NCBI GenBank assembly: GCA_003973265.1
Contig: QNYZ01000058.1
Span: forward strand, 8,079-72,078
Direction of reading: 5' to 3'
From: Deltaproteobacteria bacterium
GTDB taxonomy: Bacteria > Desulfobacterota > Desulfobacteria > Desulfobacterales > QNYZ01
Length of the DNA: 64,000 bases
Shown: piece after piece, positions 1-8,688 of the stretch
How the letters are laid out: every line of letters starts with the position of its first letter
Position numbering within the stretch: the stretch's first letter is position 1
Translations under genes and position numbers: made by a program
The notes under the pieces: model-generated
Seen by the model: only the letters and a program-made list of their open reading frames with translations
The model's database searches: none
Told to the model about the DNA's origin: nothing

Positions 1-409
1 GGCCGAAGAGAAGGCGATTGCCGAAACCGCGGAAGAGTTTCTGGCGTTTGTAGGATTGAAGGGACGCGGAGGAGAAATCGCCAGTTCCATGCCATATGGA
101 GACCAGCGCCGGCTGGAGATTGCCCGGGCGCTGGCAACCGAGCCCAGGCTGTTGATGCTTGATGAACCGGCGGCAGGAATGAACCCCATGGAATCGCGTG
201 AGTTGATGGACCTCATCGAACGGATCCGGAAAAAGGGGGTTGCCATTTTATTAATCGAGCACGACATGAAAGTCGTCATGGGCGTCTGCGACCGGGTCGT
301 TGTCATCAATCACGGTGAATGGCTGACCGAGGGAAAACCGAAAGACGTTCAAAACGACCCGAAGGTCATCGAAGCTTATCTGGGATCCGGGGCCGCCAAT
401 GCTGCTTAA
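1..409 (+). CDS. livG: Branched-chain amino acid ABC transporter ATP-binding protein LivG, 5'-truncated by the window edge
   Basis: The frame is open from position 2, and the listed M at 56 is an internal TTG. It has the ABC signature/Walker B region (YGDQRRLEIARALATEPRLLMLDEPAAGMN), the H-loop (LLIEHDM) and the LivG-type tail KVIEAYLG. It overlaps livF by 11 nt. Confidence 0.85.
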   Translation, partial: AEEKAIAETAEEFLAFVGLKGRGGEIASSMPYGDQRRLEIARALATEPRLLMLDEPAAGMNPMESRELMDLIERIRKKGVAILLIEHDMKVVMGVCDRVVVINHGEWLTEGKPKDVQNDPKVIEAYLGSGAANAA

Positions 410-1106
410 ATTAGAAAACGTTAAGACCTATTACGGAAATATTCGCGCCCTCAAGGGGATCTCTATCGAAATCGAAGAGGGCGAAATTGTCTGCCTGATC
501 GGTGCCAACGGTGCCGGGAAATCGACGAGCCTGATGACCATCAGCGGTGTTTTGACACCGGTTGAGGGAGAGGTGCTTTACCAGGGGCAATCCATCACCG
601 GCCTGCGGCCAGACAAAATTGTTCAGCAGGGCATCTGCCAGGTGCCCGAAGGGCGCATGATATTCCCGTTGCTGACGGTAAGTGAAAACCTGGACCTGGG
701 CGCTTACCTGCGGAAAGATAAAAATGGCGTAAAAGCGGATCTTGACCGTGTTTTTTCGCTTTTCCCGGTGCTGTCCGACCGGCGCGGCCAACATGGCGGG
801 ACCCTTTCCGGCGGCGAGCAGCAGATGCTGGCCATTGGCCGGGCATTGATGGCCCGCCCCAGGCTCCTATTGCTCGATGAGCCCTCCCTGGGCCTGGCCC
901 CGATCATCGTGGATTCGATTTTTGATATTATCCGCCAGATCAACCAGGATGGTACGACAATTCTACTGGTTGAACAAAACGCACAGGTGGCCCTGCGATT
1001 CTCCCACCGGGGGTACGTTCTGGAAACCGGCGAGATTGCCCTCACCGGCAAGGCTTCCGACCTGCTCAAGAATGAAGAGGTGCGAAAGGCCTATCTGGGC
1101 GAGTAG
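399..1106 (+). CDS. livF: Branched-chain amino acid ABC transporter ATP-binding protein LivF
   Basis: Walker A GANGAGKST, signature LSGGEQQMLAIGRAL, Walker B LLLLDEPSLGLAP and the LivF-type C-terminus VRKAYLGE. Confidence 0.9.
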   Translation: MLLKLENVKTYYGNIRALKGISIEIEEGEIVCLIGANGAGKSTSLMTISGVLTPVEGEVLYQGQSITGLRPDKIVQQGICQVPEGRMIFPLLTVSENLDLGAYLRKDKNGVKADLDRVFSLFPVLSDRRGQHGGTLSGGEQQMLAIGRALMARPRLLLLDEPSLGLAPIIVDSIFDIIRQINQDGTTILLVEQNAQVALRFSHRGYVLETGEIALTGKASDLLKNEEVRKAYLGE

Positions 1107-1143
1107 GCTATTCATTGTTCGCTTCGTCTCTCCTCTAACCCAT

Positions 1144-1219
1144 GTCTCACAATTAACCCCGGGTCTCACAATTAACCCCGGGTCTCACAATTAACCCCGG
1201 GTCTCACAATTAACCCCGG
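1144..1219. repeat. Perfect direct tandem repeat, 19-bp unit GTCTCACAATTAACCCCGG x4
   Basis: Four identical head-to-tail copies at 1144-1162, 1163-1181, 1182-1200 and 1201-1219, read directly from the sequence. The array is intergenic, just after the livF stop. Confidence 0.97.
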
Positions 1220-1242
1220 GCAGCGTGCCTGGCTTGAGTGAT

Positions 1243-1452
1243 CTATCCCACGGCCCCTGCAGCTCTCAGCATACGGGTCAGCTTGGCCATTGCCGGATCC
1301 CTTTTCGGAAATCCCAGTCCGTAATCCGGCGCAGCAATGAGCCGGGCGGCGTTGAAGTGGCCCATGGCGGCCCGTAACCGCTCCCTGATCTCCACAACGG
1401 TTCTGCGATCCAGAAGTGATTCAATATTATCCGGCGGATGGCGATAACGCAC
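1243..1452 (-). pseudogene. Possible C-terminal remnant of a cobalamin-independent methionine synthase (MetE / Meth_synt_2) family gene
   Basis: The 69-aa ORF ends with LIAAPDYGLGFPKRDPAMAKLTRMLRAA. This resembles the MetE-family C-terminal PDCGL...K-R motif, but with Tyr in place of the zinc-ligand Cys. No N-terminal catalytic part lies upstream, because the cyd operon abuts it. Confidence 0.3.
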
Positions 1453-1478
1453 CCTTCCGCCGGATGATGCGGACCTGG

Positions 1479-1571
1479 TTAGTATAGATCCGTCATATCC
1501 AGGAGAACCAGGGCCACCCAGTACGAAACACCGATGACCGCCACCCAGGACAACAGTAGAAATACATTCAT
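1479..1571 (-). CDS. Small single-pass membrane protein (30 aa), candidate cytochrome bd accessory subunit (CydX/CydS-like)
   Basis: ATG at 1571 is preceded by GGAGG (complement of 1577-1581) at 5-nt spacing, and lies 41 nt downstream of the cydB stop. The peptide MNVFLLLSWVAVIGVSYWVALVLLDMTDLY is a single hydrophobic helix. The listed 63-aa ORF (1479-1670) would overlap cydB. Confidence 0.5.
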   Translation of the reverse strand: MNVFLLLSWVAVIGVSYWVALVLLDMTDLY

Positions 1572-1612
1572 TGAAACCTCCAAAAGAGAGAAGTAATTAT
1601 CTTCAGTTATGA

Positions 1613-2746
1613 TTAATACCCGTGGCCGACAACTTCTTCGACCGTCAGTTTTTTCCTGTCCATGAGCCACCAGACGTACGCCACATAAGCCAGGACGAAC
1701 GGGATGGCAATGGCCACATAGGTCATCACGGTCAGGGTAAACGGGCTTGACGATGCATTGTAGATCGTCAGGCTGGACTGAAGGCTGGCCTTTGACGGGT
1801 AAAAGGCGGTATTATTGTATGCGGGTAGAAGCAGTACGGTGAGGCCCACCAGGACGGTACCAAGCCCGCCGAACCAGATGCCGGCCGTACTGTCGGACTT
1901 TGCCGTCTTGAACACGCCCAGAATGACCAGGACCAGGCCGACAAGCAGAAAAACAAGGAGCCAGGAGTTGGCCAGCAGGTTGCCCAGGTATTTGCGCGTG
2001 ACCAGGGCGATGGTTCCCTGGTCATCCACGATCCCGAATCCCTTCATCAGCAGCAGGCTGACGAGGACATAGAGCAGAAACGGCAGGGAAATAACAAAAT
2101 TTTTAAATGCCGCCTGGCGCAGGCGTGTTTCCATCTCCGGCACGTCGGTGTAATCAATATTATTGATCAGGTACATGGCGCCAAGTGTCCGGGCATTGAA
2201 AACCAGGAAGAGGCCCAGCGACAGGTTAAACAGGCTGAACGCCGCTTCCAGGCCGCGCATCGGGTGAGTCCATTTGACGAAATTATAGATGCTGAGTTCA
2301 AAGTTCGAGCCGGTGTAGAAGGTGCCGACCGCAGCCCCGATCAAAAGGATGCCCACGGACCCGTTAATGAATAAAAAGAGTTCGTACCCTTTTTCTCCCA
2401 GCACATTACCGGGCATTTTGCGGTACTCGTAGCTGACCGCCTGAATAATGAAGGTGAACAGGATCAATATCCAGACCCAGTAAGCACCGCCAAAACTGGT
2501 GGCGTAGAACTTGGGGAAGGCGGCGAAGAGCGCACCGCCGAACAGGACCAGGGTGGTAAAGGTCAATTCCCACTTTCGCCCCAGTGAATTGATCACCAGG
2601 GCTTTTTCGGTATCTGTTTTTGCCACCTGCCACAGCAGCGTCTGGCCGCCCTGAACAAACGTCAGGAAGAGGAACAGGGCGCCGACAATCGAACAGATGA
2701 GCCACCAGAGATGTTGTAACGTCGCATAATCAAGATTTCCTATCAT
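1613..2746 (-). CDS. cydB: Cytochrome bd ubiquinol/menaquinol oxidase subunit II
   Basis: 377-aa polytopic membrane protein directly downstream of cydA with a 1-nt gap. N-terminus LDYATLQHLWWLI and overall length are typical of CydB. Confidence 0.9.
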   Translation of the reverse strand: MIGNLDYATLQHLWWLICSIVGALFLFLTFVQGGQTLLWQVAKTDTEKALVINSLGRKWELTFTTLVLFGGALFAAFPKFYATSFGGAYWVWILILFTFIIQAVSYEYRKMPGNVLGEKGYELFLFINGSVGILLIGAAVGTFYTGSNFELSIYNFVKWTHPMRGLEAAFSLFNLSLGLFLVFNARTLGAMYLINNIDYTDVPEMETRLRQAAFKNFVISLPFLLYVLVSLLLMKGFGIVDDQGTIALVTRKYLGNLLANSWLLVFLLVGLVLVILGVFKTAKSDSTAGIWFGGLGTVLVGLTVLLLPAYNNTAFYPSKASLQSSLTIYNASSSPFTLTVMTYVAIAIPFVLAYVAYVWWLMDRKKLTVEEVVGHGY

Positions 2747-2747
2747 T

Positions 2748-4283
2748 TTAATTCTCCTCCGGGCCGATGTTGATTTGTTTGGTCATAATCCGTATTTCGG
2801 CAATAAGCAGGATGGCAAACAGCACGAAAAACATGAAAAACGTGGTCTGGACCGTGCCGGTCGTCAGGTTCGAACGCGCCACTGTCACTGGCAGCAGGTT
2901 CTGGATTGTCCAGGGTTGTCGTCCGACTTCGGCGACGACCCACCCGGCTTCATGGGCGATCAGGCTGAGAAAGAACATGAGGGTTCCCAGGCCGAGAAAC
3001 CATCTTTTTTCAAGAAGTACGTCTTTCATGGAGAAGTAGAGGAATCCCAGGCAGACCAGTGGAAACAGGGTTCCTAAAAACACCATGATGTGAAAGGCAT
3101 TAAAGGAGATTCCCACCGAAGGTACGGCTGCTTCGGGTTTGGATAAAAAGCCGTAGCCAAGGTAATCCCTGTTTTGATTAAACGTGGCCAGGGATTTCTT
3201 GGAGGCGATCGTATTTCCCTTTTTCATTTCCTTTTTGTAAGCGTCGAGAGCGGCCAGGGCGAGTTTCCCCTTTTTTATTTTTTCCGCCGCGCCCATGATG
3301 TTTTCCCTGGCATTTCCGTAGACCAGGTCGTTGATGCCGGGAACGAAAGAGCCGAAAGACCGGTTGGCCAGCAGGGAGAGTATCCCGGGAACCCGGATTT
3401 CAAACTTAAAAGCGTCCTGCTTGTCGCCTACTTTTTTGTTGGTGTTTACCAAACCCAGTGCCACCACCCCGGCGTTGTGCTGTCCTGTGTAGAGTCCTTC
3501 GATAGCGGCCAGTTTCATGGGTTGGTTCTGGGCGACCTCGTAGGCGGCTTCATCGCCGGTGAAAGCGACAAAACCGGAGGAGAGCAGACCAAAAATTGCC
3601 GCTACCATGATCGAGCGCTTGGCCATTTGAATATGTCGTTTTTTAAGCAGATACCACGATGAAATGGAGATAATAAAGAAAGAAGCCAGCAGCATGGAAG
3701 CGCTGGTGGTGTGGGTGAATTTGGAAACCGCCACGGGTGAAAAGACCACATCAGAAAAACTTTGCATTTCAAAACGGGCCGTATCGGCGTTGAAAGCCTG
3801 GCCGACCGGGTGCTGCATCCAGGCGTTGGCCACGAGGATCCACACGGCCGACATATTGGAGCCGACGGCAACCATCCAGGTGGAAAAGAGATGGAATCGT
3901 TTGGACACGCGGTTCCATCCGAAAAACATGACCGCAAAAAAAGTGGCTTCGAGGAAAAAGGCGATGAGCCCTTCGATGGCCAGCGGCGCTCCGAAAATGT
4001 CACCCACCATCCAGGAGTAGTTGGACCAGTTGGTACCGAACTCAAACTCCAGAATGATACCGGTGGCCACGCCGATGGCGAAGTTAATGCCGAACAGCTT
4101 CATCCAGAACCGGGTCAGCCGCTTCCATTCCTCACTGCCTGTTTTCACGTAGATAGAGTGATAAAAAGCAATGATCCAGGTGATCCCGAGCGTGAGCGGC
4201 ACGAAGATCCAGTGATACATGGCTGTCAGCGCAAATTGCGCTCTGGCCCAGTTCACCATGGACAGGTCGAAATGTTCAATCAT
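2748..4283 (-). CDS. cydA: Cytochrome bd oxidase subunit I
   Basis: 511 aa. Conserved CydA N-terminus (LSMVNWARAQFALTAMYHWIFVPLTLG), a Q-loop region, and GWVVAEVGRQPW near the C-terminus. Confidence 0.95.
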   Translation of the reverse strand: MIEHFDLSMVNWARAQFALTAMYHWIFVPLTLGITWIIAFYHSIYVKTGSEEWKRLTRFWMKLFGINFAIGVATGIILEFEFGTNWSNYSWMVGDIFGAPLAIEGLIAFFLEATFFAVMFFGWNRVSKRFHLFSTWMVAVGSNMSAVWILVANAWMQHPVGQAFNADTARFEMQSFSDVVFSPVAVSKFTHTTSASMLLASFFIISISSWYLLKKRHIQMAKRSIMVAAIFGLLSSGFVAFTGDEAAYEVAQNQPMKLAAIEGLYTGQHNAGVVALGLVNTNKKVGDKQDAFKFEIRVPGILSLLANRSFGSFVPGINDLVYGNARENIMGAAEKIKKGKLALAALDAYKKEMKKGNTIASKKSLATFNQNRDYLGYGFLSKPEAAVPSVGISFNAFHIMVFLGTLFPLVCLGFLYFSMKDVLLEKRWFLGLGTLMFFLSLIAHEAGWVVAEVGRQPWTIQNLLPVTVARSNLTTGTVQTTFFMFFVLFAILLIAEIRIMTKQINIGPEEN

Positions 4284-4582
4284 TTTTCCTTTCCTCCTGT
4301 TGGGTCGTTGGTATGGGGGACATATTGCGTTATCTGTTCGATAACGTATGCCGATTTCTGATCTTCCGTTGTGAATTTTGAATCCAGGAAATCCTGAAAA
4401 AAGAATATCTTAAGCACCGCAAACATGATGATCAGTTTAATAATGATCAGCTTCCACAATGTCCGGCCGACGGTCATCCGGCGAAATCCGTTCAGATAGA
4501 AACGAAAAATCCGGGTGAAAAACCGGGGGGAAGGCATGTCGGGTGGGTTCATCAGCGCTGTTGATGACGGGATGGGGTTCAT
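4280..4582 (-). CDS. DUF4492-like small membrane protein encoded upstream of cydA
   Basis: Start re-assigned to ATG 4582, with GGAGG 7 nt upstream (complement of 4590-4594); it follows the Rrf2 stop at 4584-4586. The stop overlaps the cydA start (ATGA-type). The segment FYLNGFRRMTVGRTLWKLIIIKLIIMFAVLKIFFF resembles the DUF4492 family found in front of cydAB. Confidence 0.6.
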   Translation of the reverse strand: MNPIPSSTALMNPPDMPSPRFFTRIFRFYLNGFRRMTVGRTLWKLIIIKLIIMFAVLKIFFFQDFLDSKFTTEDQKSAYVIEQITQYVPHTNDPTGGKEK

Positions 4583-4583
4583 T

Positions 4584-5033
4584 TTAACGGCCTCCATGGA
4601 CTTCAAATTCGGGAAGAATCGGAACGCAGGGCCCCTCGTGGGCCAGTTGATCAAAGGTGACTTCTGCCAGCGTTGCCCGCAGCTGATCCCGGGCCCGCAT
4701 CCATACCTGGTGAACCGAACAATTGTAGGATACCTTACAGGAATCCGGCAGTGCGACACAGTCGTTTAGGAAAATTTGACCGATCATAATCTCGACCACC
4801 GTCAGAAGGGAGATCGCCTTTGCGTCTTTAATAAGGGCAATGCCGCCCTGGGGACCCTGCCGGGTCTCAATTAAACCGGCTCTGGCCAGATCCTGGGCGA
4901 TCTTGGCCAGGAAATGGGGGGGGATATCGGCCTCGCTGGCAATTGTCTGCCGTTTAACGACAATGCCACGACCCTGCAATGTCAGGTAGAGGATGCATCG
5001 GATCGCATATTCTGCTGCTCTGGTCAGTCGCAT
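4584..5033 (-). CDS. Rrf2 family transcriptional regulator (IscR/NsrR-like, probably Fe-S binding)
   Basis: Homologous start MRLTRAAEYAIRCILYL at ATG 5033 (the listed 5099 start is a TTG). It has the wHTH region and a C-terminal Cys cluster, CVALPDSCKVSYNC. It is the first gene of the cyd operon. Confidence 0.8.
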   Translation of the reverse strand: MRLTRAAEYAIRCILYLTLQGRGIVVKRQTIASEADIPPHFLAKIAQDLARAGLIETRQGPQGGIALIKDAKAISLLTVVEIMIGQIFLNDCVALPDSCKVSYNCSVHQVWMRARDQLRATLAEVTFDQLAHEGPCVPILPEFEVHGGR

Positions 5034-5169
5034 CAGGAGGCTCGCATGCAAATAGTTTTTATTAAGATAAACAGGATCGTTATTATCTTGTATAGGCAAG
5101 AAAATTTTATGTCAAGTAGAATTTAATTATCGATGGCCCCGGTTTATATTTATTGCCGGGGAGTACGGA

Positions 5170-8100
5170 TTAAATCATAACGTGTTGTTTGATTGTTCCA
5201 GGGGGCATATGTTTTTCAGCCAGCTGAACCAGGTGCGCATGGTGGGTAAAAAAGATCACCTGGGTTTGTCGGGACAGCTCGGCCAGAATAGTAAGCGTGG
5301 CCGCGGCACGGTCATCGTCAAATCGGAGCAGGATATCATCTACAATAAACGGCAACGGTTCGTGGCTGGTCAGGTATTGTTCCAGGCTGGCCAGGCGAAG
5401 CGCCAGGTAGAGTTGGTCGACCGTGCCGTCGCTCATGCCCGTAACCGGTACGGGTTTGCCCTGATCGGTCCGGATTCCGATCATCACCGGGTTGTCTTTG
5501 GTGTCATATTCCGCCCGAATCCCCCTGAAGGCGCCGGCCGTCAGGCGGGCAAACAATTCGCTGGCCCGTCTGATTAAGGGACCCTGGTGTTTTTCGCGGT
5601 ATTGCTCGATGGTTTGCGACAAAATCACCGCTGCCAGTTTAGAGCGGGCGTAATGTTCAACATCGGCCTCCAGCGCGGCCAGCAGCCGCTCTTTTTCCCC
5701 GGCCAGTTCGGCGGCCCTGGCACTGCCGTCCATACGTTTCAGTTCGGCTTCCTCGGTTCCAATGGTCTGGTGCAGCGCCAGCCGTTTTTTTTCGAGCTGG
5801 TCGATTTCATCGGATATACGTTCCATTTCAGGGGCAATGCGATCGGCCTGTATGGCCTCGGTTTCTTTGATGAACAGATCCAGTGCTGCGCCGGCGCTGA
5901 GTTTGCGCAGTTGTGTTTCAATGCCTTCCTGTTCGGCGCATAATTGCCTGCGACGCAGAGCGCGCCTTTCTATCGGTTCAAGCTCGTCGGGATCGTGGCA
6001 GCGGGCCTGGCGGCACAGGGAATCGAGCAGTGTCTGGGTGTCGGAAACCCGTTTTTCCGCATTCTGCCTGGCCGCATTTGCCGCCGCCAGCTGGGTTTCA
6101 ATACTTTTTAGGGCCGACCGGTGCTCCCGTGCCGCCGTTAGATGCGAGTTGAGCAGTACCGTTGCCCGTTCCGGCCGTTCCTGGGAAAGCGCCGGTGCCA
6201 GGGTATCCACCAGCTGGCGAACCTGATGCTGGAAAAAATCGGCATCGCGGTCGATCCCTTCCACACGTTTTCTGAGGAGGTCGGCTTTCTCTTCAAGGGT
6301 CCTGAATTGACGGATGTTATCGATGATTCTGGCCGCTGCCGGGGGCCTGACTGTGGCAGGCACCCCGATCAGGGACATGTTCTTGGCCCACCGGTCTTCC
6401 CACCGGGCCCGCTTTGATTTCAGGGAAGCCAGGTCGGCTTCTATGTCTGCTTTTTCCTGACGGCAGGCGGTCAACTCGGCCGCTATTTTTTCTCTGTCAG
6501 ACTGAAGCGCGGCCTGGGATGACAGATAGTCATTGCCAAAACCGATCAGTACTGAGAGCGGGGCATCCATGTCCGGGGGATTTTCAATACCTGAAAGCGC
6601 CTGCGTTATCTGTTTCCGGATGGATTGGATGCCGGCCGCCATGGTATCTGCTTTTAATCTATCTGCGCGGATGTCGTCTGTCTTTGTCTGGATGTCCAGA
6701 ATATCCGATAGCCATTGCCGCATTTCCCGGGGTGACAGCGGATCCATTCCAGGGACTTTCCAGCGCTGTCGCCATTCGGTTTCAACTTTGGCTTGTTCTG
6801 CCTGCGCTGCATTCAGCTCTTTTTCGGCGGTCTCAAGCATGGACTCAAGTTGATGGCGTCTGGATTCAAGAACACTTTTGCGGCTCACCTGCCCGGCTTC
6901 CCGCCGGAGGCGGTCGGCCACATCGTCTGCCTGTTCAATGCTTTTTTCAAACGCATCGGGAAGGGTCGCGCGGCGGCCAACCCGATCTATGAATGCCTGG
7001 ATGGCTTCAGAAGGTGGTGCGTGGCCCTCAAGGGTTGCGCGTACCAGGTTCCAGCCGTTTTTTCGTACGGATCGCGCTCGGTCCAGGTCGGCTTCCATCG
7101 GTACATTTTGAGACAGCCGGATGGCTTCGAGGTCTGCCTGTACCCGGGAAATCTCCTGTATGAGATTGCGGCGTTCATCTCGATGCTTTTCGATACGGTG
7201 TTTAATTTCCGAAAACGCCGTTTCAAAATGGGCGATACTCTCTGTCGACGGATACCGGGCCGAATCAATCGTTTCCGGGCTTCCGGCCAGCAGGGAAAAC
7301 CGTTTTAAGTCGGATGCCAGCGCCGCTTCCCGGGTGTTGATTGCAAGCAGGCGGGCTGAATATTGCTCCTCGACGGGGCCGGCCCCTTGTGCGGCTTGAA
7401 TGGCCGCTTTAAGGGGACCGACATCCATGGGTGTCGGCAGCATTTGTTTCTGCGTTTCCAAAGACTGGATCCGTGCCTTGAGCTTTTGAAGGCGGTCTTC
7501 GGCGGATTCCTGTCGGGCAGCGAGCTGGTCGAAAGCCGTGTGGAGTTCCTGGATGTCGCCAGCGGTTGAGGGGGACAGGTTCAACGCGGTATTTTTTAGG
7601 GAAAAATCGTCAGATTCGATTTCGGCCCGTTTTTCCGAAACCTGTCTGGCCAGGGCTTTCATTTCGGCAACCAGGCCCGGACGGTCTTTTTGTGCCTTTC
7701 GATAACTGCCCAGATCATGCTGCAGTGTTTCGATCAGTTCTGAATGCGCGATGACTTCGTTTCGAACCTCGATGGCTTCCGCCTGGTTTTCAAGGTGGCC
7801 GATGGTATCTTTGATGCGCGTCAAATCATTTTGTGCTATTTTCAGATTATTCATCGCCTGTTGTCGCTGTTCTCCGAAATGATCGGGGAGCTGCGGGACA
7901 TCTTTAAGGGTGGACAGTTCTGTTTCCACTTCCTGCAAGCGTACGATCAGGGGCAGGGCCCGGGTCATCCGTTCCAGCTTTCCGTTTTCCTGCTTTAAGT
8001 CGGTCAGTGCCCGGTGAATGCGTTCTGCTTCTTTTCGGGCGGATACCAGTGCCCGGTCGTGCGTCTGCCACGTCCTGACGGACAAAAGCACGGTTTTCTG

Positions 8101-8688
8101 CGCCCGGATCGTCTCCTTTATTTGAGACAGGGTCCGGTTAATGGCCGGCTTGGAACCACCGGGTTTGAATAATTCCCGGCAGGTCGAATCAAGGTCTTTG
8201 CGGATGCGCTGGAGATGTATCAGGCCGGCTCCGGTGGCAAAAAGAGATTCGCCGACCTGCCCGGCTCCCGAGATAATCTCTTCCCCTCCTTTGACGAGTT
8301 CTTCATGTCCGATGGCGAACATCTGTTCGAAAGCGTCTTTGCCGAGTCCGCCCAGAAATGGGACCAGCACCGTGTCGTCGAGCAGCGTCTTGTCATCGGC
8401 ATCCCGCAGGGTTTTGCTGCGGCCCTTGCGGCGGATAAATTCAATGGAAGTTCCATCGCTTTTCACCAGCCGGCCGCCGATGCGAAGGGTCGGGTGCGGG
8501 TGCAAAAAACCGGCAGTCGTTCGAATCGGGATGCCGAAGAGCAGATGCCTCAGCCCTTTTAAAGCCGTACTTTTGCCTGCCTCATTGGGGCCGTAAACCA
8601 TGTGAAACCCGGTTCCGGCAGCTGAGAAATCGAGCGAGGTCTCGGTAAACGGCCCGTAGGCGATAAACTTCAGGCTAAGGATTTTCAT
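5170..8688 (-). CDS. SbcC/YhaN-like AAA ATPase with a long coiled coil (DNA repair exonuclease ATPase subunit)
   Basis: N-terminal Walker A GPNEAGKST, roughly 900 aa of coiled-coil-type sequence, and a C-terminal signature/Walker B (MSDGTVDQLYLALRLA ... PFIVDDILLRFDD). It overlaps the upstream nuclease gene by 14 nt. Confidence 0.8.
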   Translation of the reverse strand: MKILSLKFIAYGPFTETSLDFSAAGTGFHMVYGPNEAGKSTALKGLRHLLFGIPIRTTAGFLHPHPTLRIGGRLVKSDGTSIEFIRRKGRSKTLRDADDKTLLDDTVLVPFLGGLGKDAFEQMFAIGHEELVKGGEEIISGAGQVGESLFATGAGLIHLQRIRKDLDSTCRELFKPGGSKPAINRTLSQIKETIRAQKTVLLSVRTWQTHDRALVSARKEAERIHRALTDLKQENGKLERMTRALPLIVRLQEVETELSTLKDVPQLPDHFGEQRQQAMNNLKIAQNDLTRIKDTIGHLENQAEAIEVRNEVIAHSELIETLQHDLGSYRKAQKDRPGLVAEMKALARQVSEKRAEIESDDFSLKNTALNLSPSTAGDIQELHTAFDQLAARQESAEDRLQKLKARIQSLETQKQMLPTPMDVGPLKAAIQAAQGAGPVEEQYSARLLAINTREAALASDLKRFSLLAGSPETIDSARYPSTESIAHFETAFSEIKHRIEKHRDERRNLIQEISRVQADLEAIRLSQNVPMEADLDRARSVRKNGWNLVRATLEGHAPPSEAIQAFIDRVGRRATLPDAFEKSIEQADDVADRLRREAGQVSRKSVLESRRHQLESMLETAEKELNAAQAEQAKVETEWRQRWKVPGMDPLSPREMRQWLSDILDIQTKTDDIRADRLKADTMAAGIQSIRKQITQALSGIENPPDMDAPLSVLIGFGNDYLSSQAALQSDREKIAAELTACRQEKADIEADLASLKSKRARWEDRWAKNMSLIGVPATVRPPAAARIIDNIRQFRTLEEKADLLRKRVEGIDRDADFFQHQVRQLVDTLAPALSQERPERATVLLNSHLTAAREHRSALKSIETQLAAANAARQNAEKRVSDTQTLLDSLCRQARCHDPDELEPIERRALRRRQLCAEQEGIETQLRKLSAGAALDLFIKETEAIQADRIAPEMERISDEIDQLEKKRLALHQTIGTEEAELKRMDGSARAAELAGEKERLLAALEADVEHYARSKLAAVILSQTIEQYREKHQGPLIRRASELFARLTAGAFRGIRAEYDTKDNPVMIGIRTDQGKPVPVTGMSDGTVDQLYLALRLASLEQYLTSHEPLPFIVDDILLRFDDDRAAATLTILAELSRQTQVIFFTHHAHLVQLAEKHMPPGTIKQHVMI

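Noticed and set aside
1144-1219. CRISPR array (also considered for 38967-39022 and 50702-50773)
   Set aside because: The repeats are directly adjacent with no spacers, the units are only 9-19 bp, and no cas genes are present. They are simple tandem repeats.
4583-4759. Longer version of the DUF4492-like ORF (start 4759) and the longer Rrf2 ORF (start 5099)
   Set aside because: The extension would overlap the Rrf2 coding region by about 175 nt in another frame. Start 5099 is a TTG that adds 22 residues absent from Rrf2 family N-termini.
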